Source: an uncultured Ignavibacteriota bacterium (lineage in GTDB: Bacteria > Bacteroidota > Ignavibacteria > UBA10030 > BY39). From it: DNA of 61,814 nucleotides. The stretch is from the NCBI GenBank assembly GCA_947085285.1, contig CAMTVZ010000165.1, positions 1 to 61,814 of the forward strand, given 5' to 3'. Below, piece by piece: positions 46,865 through 57,212 of this stretch (position 1 is its first letter; every line of letters starts with the position of its first letter). The translations under genes and the position numbers were made by a program. The notes below the pieces were generated by a model. That model made no database searches. It was given only the letters and a program-made list of their open reading frames with translations, and was not told the DNA's origin.

Positions 46865-47258
46865 TGCTATTCCTTGGGTTGAGAAAGCAGAGGGAGATTA
46901 TGAAGGGGCAATATATCTCTCCAAGAAACGATCTAAAAAGATTGCACACTTGATATGTTTTGCATGCCAACAATCGGCAGAAAAATATTTAAAAGCTTTT
47001 CTTGTTGATAAGGATATACGTTTTTCAAAAACACATTTCCTAATAAAGGAACTTCTTCCATTATGCGAAAAAGTTGATCAAGAATTCAGTGTACTCGTTC
47101 CTTATTTAGAAGAACTTGACCCTTATTCAGTAGAATTTCGTTATCCCGGAGAAGAGATAACAAAGGATGAAGTTAAAACGGCGATAGTAGCGATAAAGAA
47201 AGTTAGAAAATTTGTACGGGGCAAATTAGGATTAGAAAAACAAAAGAGATTATTCTAA
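46854..47258 (+). CDS. HEPN-domain protein (type VII toxin-like partner of MNT)
   Basis: 134 aa with AEGDYEGA...CQQSAEKYLKAFL...H.L..L...VEFRYPGEE, an HEPN (PF05168-type) helical pattern. It overlaps the MNT gene by 11 nt. Confidence 0.8.
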   Translation: MHADAIPWVEKAEGDYEGAIYLSKKRSKKIAHLICFACQQSAEKYLKAFLVDKDIRFSKTHFLIKELLPLCEKVDQEFSVLVPYLEELDPYSVEFRYPGEEITKDEVKTAIVAIKKVRKFVRGKLGLEKQKRLF

Positions 47259-47309
47259 AAATAAAAAAAAAATAATTAGTATCTATTAAATAAATTAGAG
47301 GAATTAAAT

Positions 47310-48764
47310 ATGTCAAAAGCAATTGAAGGATTAAAACCAGAATTAGTTTGGAAATACTTTGCTGAAATTTGCAAAATCCCACATGGGTCAAAAAACGAAA
47401 CGGCAATCATTGAGTATATGCTGAAAACTGCCGAGAAACTTGGCTTGAAAGCCAAAAAAGATAGCTTCGGTAATGTTGCCGTTTCTAAACCGGCAACACC
47501 TGGAAAAGAAAATGCCCCCACAGTAATTCTACAAGGTCATCTCGATATGGTATGCGAAAAGAACAAAGATAAAGTACACGATTTCGAGAAAGATCCCATC
47601 GAATTAATTCGTGAGGGGAATGTACTCAGAGCAAATGGAACAACCTTAGGTGCCGATAACGGAATCGGTGTAGCGATATCGCTTGCAATAATGGAAGACA
47701 AGTCATTAGTTCACGGGCCACTCGAATTTTTATTCACAGTTGACGAAGAAACAGGATTAACGGGTGCTCAAAATTTGAAGGGCGATTTTCTGAGCGGAAA
47801 AATAATGATCAATTTAGATTCGGAAGAAGAAGGTGCACTTTACGTTGGATGTTCTGGTGGTAAAGACTCTTTAGCTACACTTCCTATCGAGTGGGAAGAT
47901 GCACCAGCAGGTTATATACCTTTGCAAATTACTTTATCGGGACTTCGCGGCGGCCATTCCGGTTTAGATATTCACACCGGGCGTGGTAATGCGATTAAAT
48001 TATTGAATCGTATCCTTTGGAATTTAAACAATAAAATCGATATTCGTTTAGCAAAATTTGAATCAGGCAATAAACGAAATGCTATTCCACGCGAAGGCGA
48101 GGTAACAATACTTGTTCCCCCCGACAAAGTTTCGGAAGTTGAAACCACCGTTCAGAATTTCGATACAATATTTAAATCCGAATATAGTGTCGTAGATAAA
48201 GGGGTAACAGTTAAAGTAAAGAGAGTAGATGGAGTAAATAAGGTGTTTACTAAGAATTTCACCGATCGTTTGTTAAATTTGCTTTATGCTTTACCACACG
48301 GTGTGATTGCGATGAGTCAGGATATAAAAGATTTGGTTGAAACCTCAACTAACCTGGCAATAGTAAACACAACGGATAAAGCTGTAACGATTAGCACAAG
48401 CCAAAGAAGTTCAGTCGAAAGTTCTAAAATGGATATCGTAAACCAGGTCCGTTCTGCTATGCTACTTGCAGGAGCAAAAGTGGAACATTCGGATGGTTAT
48501 CCTGGTTGGAAGCCGAATATGAATTCAAAAATTTTAATTACCGCAAAAGATGTTTATAAAAATCTTTACGGAAATGAACCTCATATCAAAGCTATCCACG
48601 CCGGTTTAGAGTGCGGAATTATCGGCGAAAAATTCCCAGGTATGGATATGATTTCAATGGGACCAACTCTCGAAGCAGTTCACTCTCCCGACGAAAAAAT
48701 TTACATAGATACTGTTGAAAAATTTTGGAAGTATCTGTTAGAAATATTAAAGAATGTAAATTAA
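47310..48764 (+). CDS. pepD: aminoacyl-histidine (Xaa-His) dipeptidase
   Basis: 484 aa. LKPELVWKYFAEICKIPHGSKNE, LQGHLDMV, GADNGIGVA, FTVDEETGLTGA and HAGLECG are collinear with PepD. Confidence 0.85.
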   Translation: MSKAIEGLKPELVWKYFAEICKIPHGSKNETAIIEYMLKTAEKLGLKAKKDSFGNVAVSKPATPGKENAPTVILQGHLDMVCEKNKDKVHDFEKDPIELIREGNVLRANGTTLGADNGIGVAISLAIMEDKSLVHGPLEFLFTVDEETGLTGAQNLKGDFLSGKIMINLDSEEEGALYVGCSGGKDSLATLPIEWEDAPAGYIPLQITLSGLRGGHSGLDIHTGRGNAIKLLNRILWNLNNKIDIRLAKFESGNKRNAIPREGEVTILVPPDKVSEVETTVQNFDTIFKSEYSVVDKGVTVKVKRVDGVNKVFTKNFTDRLLNLLYALPHGVIAMSQDIKDLVETSTNLAIVNTTDKAVTISTSQRSSVESSKMDIVNQVRSAMLLAGAKVEHSDGYPGWKPNMNSKILITAKDVYKNLYGNEPHIKAIHAGLECGIIGEKFPGMDMISMGPTLEAVHSPDEKIYIDTVEKFWKYLLEILKNVN

Positions 48765-48795
48765 TTTTTATACTCAAATATTAACATTATAGTCG

Positions 48796-48828
48796 CCACG
48801 GATAATTTCGTTATCCGTGGTTTTTATT
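48796..48828 (+). terminator. rho-independent terminator after pepD
   Basis: Perfect 10-bp stem CCACGGATAA-tttcg-TTATCCGTGG, followed by TTTTTATTT. It ends only 4 nt before the rlmD ATG, so rlmD expression needs read-through or an upstream promoter. Confidence 0.7.
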
Positions 48829-48832
48829 TATT

Positions 48833-50239
48833 ATGCAAGAAAAAAATGGAATAATTTTAAAAATCGATTCATTATCATCAGAAGGGAAAGGTGTTGCGCG
48901 TTCCGAGGGAAAAGTCTTCTTCGTCGAAGGGGGCATACCGGGGGATGTGGTTCGATGTGTTGAGCTCAAGTCGAAAAAAAAATTCAGCAACGTACGTGTA
49001 ATTGAAATTCTTGAACCATCTAAACATCGCACTCAGCCAAGATGCAAATATTTCGGTATTTGCGGCGGATGCAAACTTCAATCTCTCGATTATAAATCTC
49101 AGTTAGAGTTTAAATTAAAAAATGTTGTGGATGCTTTCGAAAGAATTGGCGGTATAAAAAATCCAAATGTTTTACCAATAATAGATTCAGTTGACGATTA
49201 TTTTTACAGAAATAAAATGGAATTTACTTTCTCGAATCAAAAATGGCTGACTAAAGAAGAAATCGATTCGGGAATTGAAATAAAGAAAACATTCGGGCTG
49301 GGATTGCACATCCCTAAAATATTCGATAAAGTTTTGGATATTGAGGAATGTTGGTTGCAGAAGGAACAGACAAACAGAATAATAAATTTTACGCGTGAGT
49401 TTGTTAGACACAATGAACTTACAATTTATACTACACAAACTCATGAAGGTTATCTAAGGCATTTAGTTATTCGCACAAGCGAGGCAAGCGGTGAAATAAT
49501 GGTTAACCTCGTTACTACATACGATAAACCAGCTATGATGAAAAAATATTCAGATTTGTTAACTCAAAATATTCCTGAAGTAACAACTGTTGTGAATAAT
49601 GTTACAAGTCGCAAATCGATGGTCGCTGTGGGAGAAACTGAGAGAGTTTATCATGGGTGTGGATTCATATACGAAAAATTGGGTGGTTATAAATTCCGCA
49701 TTTCAGCAAACTCATTTTTTCAAACTAACACAAAACAAGCTGAACGGCTTTATTCGGTTGTTAAACAATATGCAACCTTGAATGGGGATGAAGTTGTTTA
49801 CGATCTTTACAGTGGGACTGGTTCGATAGCCATATATATTTCTGATTCAGCTTCCGAGGTTATCGGATTCGAGGTTGTTGAAAGTGCAATTCAGGATGCA
49901 AAATTAAATGCCGAAATAAACCAAATTCATAATTGTCATTTCATACAAGGCGACCTGAAAGAAAAATTGACAAAAGAAACAGAATGGTTAAATCATCATC
50001 CTAAACCTGATGTTATTATACTCGACCCGCCACGTAGTGGGATGCATCCAAAAGTTGCTACTGAAATTGTGTTGCTTAAGTCAAAAAAAATTATTTATGT
50101 TAGTTGCAATCCAACCACGCAAGCACGCGACATAAAATATCTTATCGAAAATGGTTATATACTTGAAGCTATTCAGCCAGTCGATATGTTCCCGCAAACT
50201 TTTCATATTGAATCGGTTGCGGTGCTAACACATGTTTAA
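48833..50239 (+). CDS. rlmD: 23S rRNA (uracil-5-)-methyltransferase, RumA/RlmD family
   Basis: 468 aa with an N-terminal TRAM domain (SSEGKGVARSEGKVFFVEGGIPGD). The Fe-S Cys cluster is RCKYFGICGGCKLQ. It also has FFQTN, DLYSGTGSI, DPPRSG and VSCNP. Confidence 0.85.
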   Translation: MQEKNGIILKIDSLSSEGKGVARSEGKVFFVEGGIPGDVVRCVELKSKKKFSNVRVIEILEPSKHRTQPRCKYFGICGGCKLQSLDYKSQLEFKLKNVVDAFERIGGIKNPNVLPIIDSVDDYFYRNKMEFTFSNQKWLTKEEIDSGIEIKKTFGLGLHIPKIFDKVLDIEECWLQKEQTNRIINFTREFVRHNELTIYTTQTHEGYLRHLVIRTSEASGEIMVNLVTTYDKPAMMKKYSDLLTQNIPEVTTVVNNVTSRKSMVAVGETERVYHGCGFIYEKLGGYKFRISANSFFQTNTKQAERLYSVVKQYATLNGDEVVYDLYSGTGSIAIYISDSASEVIGFEVVESAIQDAKLNAEINQIHNCHFIQGDLKEKLTKETEWLNHHPKPDVIILDPPRSGMHPKVATEIVLLKSKKIIYVSCNPTTQARDIKYLIENGYILEAIQPVDMFPQTFHIESVAVLTHV

Positions 50240-50380
50240 AAAAGTTCTATTTTTAATATATTTTTGCAAAAAAATAACGATAAAATTAAAAAGTCTTGCG
50301 TTTTAATTAGATTTTTTTATATTGTTTAGGAATTTTTAAACAACAACTAAATTAACGCATAATTTAGGAGGCGGTAATAT

Positions 50381-52867
50381 ATGTTATATTTTAGAAAATA
50401 TTTTTATTGCGTCATCTATTTATTTTTGGTAAATATACTTTTTGCGGGAAGTAGTCCAAAAACAATTGTAGCGAGCCGCACAAACTCGTCGCCCATAATA
50501 GATGGGATATTGAACGAGGAGTATTGGTCAAGAGCAGTACCTATGTCCGATTTCGTTCAGTACGATCCTGTAGAAGGGGCTGAACCTACTGAAAAAACTT
50601 CTGTAAGAGTATTGTATGATGATTATGCTCTTTATTTTGGTGTTATATGCAACGACGCAAATCCTGAAGGTATCAAGAAACAATTAACCCGGCGTGATAG
50701 GAGTAGCGAAGCCGATAGGTTCAGCATAACAATCGATTCATATAATGACGGACAAACAGGTTTTGTTTTTGCTGGCACGGTTTCTGGGGTTCAATCCGAC
50801 GGTATATTATATCACGATGGAACGATGTATGATCTTCAATGGGATGCGGTTTGGAATTTTGCCGCAAAAATCAATAACGATGGTTGGTCGGCTGAATTCG
50901 AGATCCCTTTCAGTGCTCTACGTTTCACACATCAAGAAGGAGAAATGGTTTGGGGCATTAATTTCAGACGCTACATTGCACGCAAAAAGGAATTTGCTGA
51001 ATGGGTAATGATACCACGCAGGGAAACTGGTAAAATTTCAAAAATTGGAAATCTATCAGGAATTATAGGTATAAAGCCTTCCCTAAACTTATCAGTTCTC
51101 CCATATGTGGTTTCACGATTCGATTTCGACCAGCAGCAAAAACCCCATACATTTAAAAAAGTATTTTACAGGGACGTAGGCGTTGATGTTAAGTATGGTA
51201 TTACAAATAATTTTACAATCGATGCGGCTATCAATCCTGATTTCGGTCAAGTAGAGGTTGATCAGGAAGTAATGAATTTAACTGTCTTTGAAACTTACTT
51301 CCCCGAAAAACGCCCATTTTTTTTAGAGGGGAATCATATTTTTTCATTCGGTGTTACCCCCGATGAACAACGTTTGAATTTATTTTATTCCCGTCGTATC
51401 GGAAGAGCCCCAAGATATAATTATCAAATAGAATCCTATAGAAATTATGGTTATATATCCGAAATTACACATCTACCTAAAAATACAACAATCATTGGAG
51501 CTGCTAAGCTGACTGGTAGAACTGAATCGGGCTTAACTGTTGGCGCTTTATCAACAGTTACAGAGGGCGAGTTGGCTGTTTACAAAGATTTGGCAAACAA
51601 TAGAAAAACAAAAATTGTTGAACCGACTGCCAACTATAATGTTTTGCGTTTAACTCAAGATGTTCTATCGAATTCATCGGTTGGATTTATGGCAACGAGT
51701 GCTTTACTCGATAAACAATCGCCTAACTTAAGTGGTGGTGCCGACTGGAATTTAAAATTTTTTGATAATACCTATTCGTTTGCTGGATATTTAACAGGTT
51801 CACAATATTCAACCAGAGACGATTTCCTTCGATTACATCGAAAAGATCATGGTAGTGCGGGTAAATTATTCTTAGGAAAAATTGCCGGCGAAAACTGGCT
51901 TTATAATACAAGCTTCGATTATGCCTCAAAAAAATTCAATATAAACGAACTTGGTTTATATAATCGCCCACGCGAATTCGGTGGTAGGTCGCATTTGATT
52001 TATAGAGTTACTCAAGCAAGCGGAATTCTTCTCCGATACTTATTAATGTTAGGGGCTGACTACAGATGGAACTACGAAGAATATAATACTTCAAAAAATA
52101 TTAGTGCTGCTTCTAACTTTATCCTAAAAAATTTTTGGTCTATTACCTTTCACGTAATAAACGATATGGCAGCCTATCAGGGTGAGGAACGAGGCATAAT
52201 AGGTTTATATAAAAAACCTTCTGTTTTTTCTCTGCAATCTGAAATATCATCCGATACACGCCTACCAGTCAGTTTTAATACTTACTTGATTTATGAAGTT
52301 GATTCAAAATCGAAAACAGAAGTTATGGCTACTTTAAGTTTAACTTTGCGTCCAACAACTTGGCTCGAGTTTGTTCCTATGTCAACATTTGCAAAACGTT
52401 GGAAAGAAGAGACCGGTGTATTTTTAGGCGGGTCTTTTCATAGTGTTGTAGACCCTATAACTGGTAAACCGTACACCCTTTTTGGTGATCGAGATTTAGA
52501 TTATTTTGATGTTGCACTACGCGGAATTATTACACTACATACTAATTTAAGTGTACAATATTTTACTCAAGTCTTCCTGTATAAATGGCATTACCGGAAT
52601 TTCAAAAGAATGATTGACCCTGAAAATTTAGAAATCATTAATTACAATTTTCCCTATAAAGATCTAACATTCAAAACAATGAATGCTAATATTGTTGTGA
52701 GGTGGGAATTCTTACCAGGTAGCACTCTATTTTTTGCCTGGACGCAGGCTCGTCAAGGATTAGAGCCATTATTCTTTTCAAAAGTAACGAAAGATTTTTC
52801 AAATGTTTTCAAAATCCCCCCCGACAATGTTTTATTGCTAAAATTAAATTATTGGCTAAATTTATAA
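50381..52867 (+). CDS. CBM9-like / DUF5916-like large secreted (probably outer-membrane-associated) protein
   Basis: 828 aa with a signal peptide and an N-terminal region IDGILNEEYWSRAVPMSDFVQYDP...VRVLYDDYALYFGVIC. The long C-terminal part is rich in beta strands. The family name is from memory, not a search. Confidence 0.55.
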   Translation: MLYFRKYFYCVIYLFLVNILFAGSSPKTIVASRTNSSPIIDGILNEEYWSRAVPMSDFVQYDPVEGAEPTEKTSVRVLYDDYALYFGVICNDANPEGIKKQLTRRDRSSEADRFSITIDSYNDGQTGFVFAGTVSGVQSDGILYHDGTMYDLQWDAVWNFAAKINNDGWSAEFEIPFSALRFTHQEGEMVWGINFRRYIARKKEFAEWVMIPRRETGKISKIGNLSGIIGIKPSLNLSVLPYVVSRFDFDQQQKPHTFKKVFYRDVGVDVKYGITNNFTIDAAINPDFGQVEVDQEVMNLTVFETYFPEKRPFFLEGNHIFSFGVTPDEQRLNLFYSRRIGRAPRYNYQIESYRNYGYISEITHLPKNTTIIGAAKLTGRTESGLTVGALSTVTEGELAVYKDLANNRKTKIVEPTANYNVLRLTQDVLSNSSVGFMATSALLDKQSPNLSGGADWNLKFFDNTYSFAGYLTGSQYSTRDDFLRLHRKDHGSAGKLFLGKIAGENWLYNTSFDYASKKFNINELGLYNRPREFGGRSHLIYRVTQASGILLRYLLMLGADYRWNYEEYNTSKNISAASNFILKNFWSITFHVINDMAAYQGEERGIIGLYKKPSVFSLQSEISSDTRLPVSFNTYLIYEVDSKSKTEVMATLSLTLRPTTWLEFVPMSTFAKRWKEETGVFLGGSFHSVVDPITGKPYTLFGDRDLDYFDVALRGIITLHTNLSVQYFTQVFLYKWHYRNFKRMIDPENLEIINYNFPYKDLTFKTMNANIVVRWEFLPGSTLFFAWTQARQGLEPLFFSKVTKDFSNVFKIPPDNVLLLKLNYWLNL

Positions 52868-52892
52868 TTATCTTTTAAAACAAATATATTCG

Positions 52893-53342
52893 ATGAAAAA
52901 TCAAAATATCTTCGCCGAGCAGATTGCTGAACTTACTTTTAATCTTCTTCAAAATTGTCAAGAAAAAGAGCACAGGTTGGCTGACCAATTAAATTTAACA
53001 GTATCCGAATTTAGAACTTTAAGATATTTTCGGAAAGATACAAGCTTAAATATAAAAGAATTAGCAATGCGAATACGGTTGAGCGGGAGCCGTCTGACAC
53101 GTATATTGGATGGATTGGAAAAGAAAAATCTCCTTACCCGATCGATTGATATCCATGATCGAAGAAGCATTATTGTTTCTCTAACTTCATCAGGGGTTGC
53201 GATAGTTAGTACTCTTGAAAAAAAGTTCATCGAAATACATGAAGAAATTTTGAAAGGAATCCCACTATCTCAACAAGATTCAATCATTAAAAGATTGCGT
53301 CAATTGTTGCAATCGTTAGAAAATTGGTTAAAAGCTTCATAG
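52893..53342 (+). CDS. MarR-family transcriptional regulator
   Basis: 149 aa with LTVSEFRTLRYF...IKELAMRIRLSGSRLTRILDGLEKKNLLTRSIDIHDRRSIIVSLTSSG, a winged HTH with a DxR wing. Confidence 0.8.
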   Translation: MKNQNIFAEQIAELTFNLLQNCQEKEHRLADQLNLTVSEFRTLRYFRKDTSLNIKELAMRIRLSGSRLTRILDGLEKKNLLTRSIDIHDRRSIIVSLTSSGVAIVSTLEKKFIEIHEEILKGIPLSQQDSIIKRLRQLLQSLENWLKAS

Positions 53343-53380
53343 ATCTTCATTGCAAATCTAATCATTTTATCGTATATTTT

Positions 53381-53413
53381 AACCGCCCGCCGCTGGCGGT
53401 TATTTTATTTTTA
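53381..53413 (+). terminator. rho-independent terminator after marR
   Basis: AACCGCC-cgccgct-GGCGGTT followed by ATTTTATTTTT. Confidence 0.55.
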
Positions 53414-53423
53414 GAACGATTAA

Positions 53424-55220
53424 ATGGAAAACAACAGAAATTTTTGCATAATAGCGCACATAGACCACGGTAAATCGACTATAGCCGACCGTTTGTTAGA
53501 GCGGACTGGAACAATTACTGCGCGTGAAATGAAAGTTAATCAAGTTCTTGACGATATGGATCTTGAGCAAGAACGTGGCATAACAATTAAACTTCATGCT
53601 ATTCAAATGAAATATAAGGCGAACGATAACAAAACTTATACGTTAAATCTAATTGATACACCAGGGCACGTCGATTTTTCGTACGAAGTTTCACGCTCCC
53701 TTGCTGCATGCGAAGGGGCTTTGTTAGTCGTAGATGCCTCGCAAGGTGTCGAAGCACAAACAATCAGCAATTTATATCTTGCGATTGATGCCGGCTTAGA
53801 AATTATACCGGTAATTAACAAAATTGATTTACCGAGTTCGATGATTGATACGGTTAAACATCAAATTATGGATTTGATAGGATGCCGCGAAGAGGAAATT
53901 ATTTTAACAAGTGCCAAACAAAAAATTGGAATCGATGAAATATTGGAGGCGATTGTTCACAGAATTCCAGCTCCAAAAGGTGAAACCGACGCTCCTTTAC
54001 GCGCTTTAATATTCGATTCCATTTTTGATATTTATCGTGGTGCAGTGGTGTATCTTAGGGTTTTCGAAGGTGTATTAAAGGAAGGCGACAAGGTAAAGTT
54101 TTTTGCCAACAACAAAATTTTTGAAGCTGAAGAAGTTGGTATATTAGAGATGAAGAGGGTTCGCACAGGTTCGCTTAAGGCTGGCGACGTTGGCTACCTT
54201 ATTGCTGGTGTAAAAGACGTTCACGATACAAAAGTTGGCGATACAATTACTAACGCCGATAACCCAGCTTCTGAACGCCTACCCGGTTATAAAGAGGTTA
54301 AGTCGATGGTATTTGCCGGCTTATATCCAACTAATGCTGACGATTTTGCATTGCTACGCGATTCACTCGAAAAACTTCAGCTCAACGATGCAGCACTTAT
54401 TTTTGAACCTGAAACATCTTCGGCACTTGGCTTTGGCTTCCGCTGTGGCTTTCTTGGTTTACTTCATATGGAAATTGTGCAGGAACGCCTTGAACGCGAA
54501 TACAAACAAAGTCTTATCACTACAGTCCCAAACGTCGAGTATCGCGTTACCACACATAAGGGCGAAGTTGTATTAGTTGACAATCCCGCACTAATGCCCG
54601 CAATAGGAGATATCGAACGTATCGAAGAACCTTACATAGCCGCTCAAATTATTACACCCACAGAATATATCGGAAATATAATGAAGCTTTGCACCGAACG
54701 CCGGGCAATTTATAAAAATACAACTTACCTCGATCCTACACGTGCTGATTTAAGATACGAGATTCCACTATCTGAAATAATATTCGACTTTTACGATAAA
54801 CTTAAATCGACTACACGAGGTTATGCATCGTTCGATTATGATTTTTTAGATTATCGAGAATCGGATTTAGTTAAGTTAGATATATTATTAAACGGTGAAT
54901 CGGTCGATGCACTCTCGACAATAGTCCATCGCGATAAATCGTACGAATTGGGTAAAAAACTTTGTGCACGCTTACGTAAACTTATTCCTCGGCAGATGTT
55001 CGAAGTTGTGATTCAAGCTGCAATTGGAAGTAAGATAATAGCACGCGACACTATATCGGCGATGCGTAAAAACGTTCTAGCTAAATGCTATGGTGGCGAT
55101 ATTTCACGTAAACGCAAACTTCTTGAAAAACAAAAAGAGGGCAAGAAGCGTATGAAGCAAGTAGGCAGAGTCGAAATTCCACAGGAAGCTTTTTTGGCTG
55201 TGCTTTCAATCGAAGAATAA
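53424..55220 (+). CDS. lepA: translation elongation factor 4 (LepA)
   Basis: 598 aa with [35 protein letters not shown] and the LepA-specific C-terminal region (...[26 protein letters not shown]). Confidence 0.95.
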   Translation: MENNRNFCIIAHIDHGKSTIADRLLERTGTITAREMKVNQVLDDMDLEQERGITIKLHAIQMKYKANDNKTYTLNLIDTPGHVDFSYEVSRSLAACEGALLVVDASQGVEAQTISNLYLAIDAGLEIIPVINKIDLPSSMIDTVKHQIMDLIGCREEEIILTSAKQKIGIDEILEAIVHRIPAPKGETDAPLRALIFDSIFDIYRGAVVYLRVFEGVLKEGDKVKFFANNKIFEAEEVGILEMKRVRTGSLKAGDVGYLIAGVKDVHDTKVGDTITNADNPASERLPGYKEVKSMVFAGLYPTNADDFALLRDSLEKLQLNDAALIFEPETSSALGFGFRCGFLGLLHMEIVQERLEREYKQSLITTVPNVEYRVTTHKGEVVLVDNPALMPAIGDIERIEEPYIAAQIITPTEYIGNIMKLCTERRAIYKNTTYLDPTRADLRYEIPLSEIIFDFYDKLKSTTRGYASFDYDFLDYRESDLVKLDILLNGESVDALSTIVHRDKSYELGKKLCARLRKLIPRQMFEVVIQAAIGSKIIARDTISAMRKNVLAKCYGGDISRKRKLLEKQKEGKKRMKQVGRVEIPQEAFLAVLSIEE

Positions 55221-55234
55221 TAATTTTATTAACT

Positions 55235-56140
55235 ATGAACAAAACAAAACAACATTCCACAAAAACTCAAGAAGAGAAGAAAACTTTTAAAGAAAAAACT
55301 ATTCACTTCCTAAAAGAAACGGGTACTATTTTAGGAATATTTTTAGTTTTGAATAGTTTTGTAATCGCCTCATTCCAGGTTCCAACTGGTTCGATGGAGA
55401 ACGAAATTTATGGTGGCGATTTTTTACTTGTTAATAAATTTGTTTTCGGGGGTACTACTCCTCGCACTATTCCTTTTACTGATATTAAAATTCCACACTT
55501 CAAACTACCGGCACTATGGAGCGTTGAACGTGGCGATGTTATTGTGTTCGCCTTCCCAGGTAACAGGGACGAAGTTGAAGCCGAGCCATTTGCTTATTAC
55601 TTGAAACGCGCTATTGCAATTGCCGGCGATACTTTAGAAATTCGTGACCGTGTTGTTTTTGTAAATGGCGAACCTGCTCCAGTTCCACGAAATATACACT
55701 TCAATTCAGGGATGATCAAACCCAAAGGGGTAGCCGACGACAGAATATTTCCGCCAGGGGCGCCTTTCAACGAAGATAATTATGGACCCATAAGAATTCC
55801 AAAAAAAGGCGACACAATTGAAATAGGTTTTCATAATTATACTGCGTGGAAAATTTTCATCGAACGCGAAGGCCATAAAGTTACCTACGATAATCGAGGA
55901 ATACTTATTGATGGCAAATTACAAAAATACTACGTTGTTGAAAAAGATTATGTTTTTGGTATGGGGGATAACCGCGATAACAGCCTCGATAGCCGGTTTT
56001 GGGGATTTATCCCGACTTCTGAAGTAGTTGGAACTCCACTTATTCTATACTGGTCGTGGGATCCGCATATTTCAATTTTAGATTTTACAAAAAAGTTAAG
56101 TACAATAAGGTTTAATCGTATAGGAAAACTAATTAAGTAA
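55235..56140 (+). CDS. lepB: signal peptidase I (copy 1)
   Basis: 301 aa with a TM, catalytic Ser box PTGSMENEI, Lys box YLKRAIAIAGD and GDNRDNSLDSRFWGFIP. Confidence 0.85.
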   Translation: MNKTKQHSTKTQEEKKTFKEKTIHFLKETGTILGIFLVLNSFVIASFQVPTGSMENEIYGGDFLLVNKFVFGGTTPRTIPFTDIKIPHFKLPALWSVERGDVIVFAFPGNRDEVEAEPFAYYLKRAIAIAGDTLEIRDRVVFVNGEPAPVPRNIHFNSGMIKPKGVADDRIFPPGAPFNEDNYGPIRIPKKGDTIEIGFHNYTAWKIFIEREGHKVTYDNRGILIDGKLQKYYVVEKDYVFGMGDNRDNSLDSRFWGFIPTSEVVGTPLILYWSWDPHISILDFTKKLSTIRFNRIGKLIK

Positions 56141-56142
56141 TT

Positions 56143-56955
56143 GTGAGTGAAAAAGATAATAAATTAAGCTGGTTACGCGAACATCTTTTAATAATTTTTG
56201 TTACGATTATTGCAGGATTGATATTAAGAACATTCTTCATAGAAGTTTATCGCATCCCAACATCATCTATGGCGAACACAATCTTAGAGGGCGATTATTT
56301 ACTCGTTAATAAATTTATTTACAACATCAGAACTCCCAAATACTTTCCTTTTACCGATATTGAAATCGGTCAATTTTCTATACCAACTTTTAGGAAACCT
56401 CAACGGGGTGATATCGTGGTTTTTTATCATCCGAGTCGTATCGACAGTATAGCACTCTCGAATAATGTCAGTTTCATCAAACGTTGTGTTGCTGTAGCTG
56501 GCGATACTGTTCACATGGTAAATAATGTTTTATATATTAACTCAATCCCATTCCCCAACATTAAAACTTTAGCTAACAATGAAGCTTATAACTTTGGGCC
56601 TGTGGTAGTTCCAAAAAAAGGAAGTATTATATCACTCAATAAATCAAATATTGATGATTGGAAAATGTTTATCGAACGGGAAGGGCACACAGTTAGTTTG
56701 TCGGATGAGGGTTTAATTTTAGTTGATGGAAAAATATCCGATACTTATTCAGTTAAAAAAAATTATTACTTCATGCTGGGAGATAACCGTAACAATAGTT
56801 CGGATAGCCGCCACTGGGGATTTTTACCAGAAGATAATATTATCGGCAAAGCTCTTTTTGTATTTTGGTCGTGGAACCAAAATTTAAGTTTAACTAATTT
56901 GATTGAAAAATTTGCAAGCGTCCGATGGAATCGTATCGGTATGCTGCTCCACTAA
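56143..56955 (+). CDS. lepB: signal peptidase I (copy 2, tandem paralog)
   Basis: 270 aa with a GTG start, a TM, Ser box PTSSMANTI, Lys box FIKRCVAVAGD and GDNRNNSSDSRHWGFLP. Confidence 0.85.
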   Translation: MSEKDNKLSWLREHLLIIFVTIIAGLILRTFFIEVYRIPTSSMANTILEGDYLLVNKFIYNIRTPKYFPFTDIEIGQFSIPTFRKPQRGDIVVFYHPSRIDSIALSNNVSFIKRCVAVAGDTVHMVNNVLYINSIPFPNIKTLANNEAYNFGPVVVPKKGSIISLNKSNIDDWKMFIEREGHTVSLSDEGLILVDGKISDTYSVKKNYYFMLGDNRNNSSDSRHWGFLPEDNIIGKALFVFWSWNQNLSLTNLIEKFASVRWNRIGMLLH

Positions 56956-57002
56956 TCGAGACTTCTGAAAAATAAAATATGCAATTAATAAATCATTTAA
57001 AT

Positions 57003-57180
57003 AGAACACAGATAAACGCGGATTTGACGCCTGCCTGCCGCAGGCAGGGATATACACGGATTATTATCAGTGTTAATCCGTTGCATCTGTGTTCATCCGT
57101 GCCTGCACGCCGTAGTGCTACTATGCGTTTCGGTCGCCTACGCTCCAAAGCTTCAGCGACGAAGCGCACGCAGGCGTGTT
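57003..57180. repeat. GC-rich composite palindromic (REP/BIME-like) intergenic element
   Basis: Three inverted-repeat units sit in the lepB-hemW spacer:
- Outer imperfect IR: AACACAGATAAACGCGGATT (57005-57024) pairs with AATCCGTTGCATCTGTGTT.
- Enclosed perfect palindrome: CCTGCCTGC-c-GCAGGCAGG (57030-57048).
- Second hairpin: GCGTTTCGGTCGC...GCGACGAAGCGC, flanked by GCCTGC...GCAGGC.
Local GC is far above the flanks. Confidence 0.6.
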
Positions 57181-57212
57181 CTATTTTATTTTTCAGGAGT
57201 CTCTAATTACAA

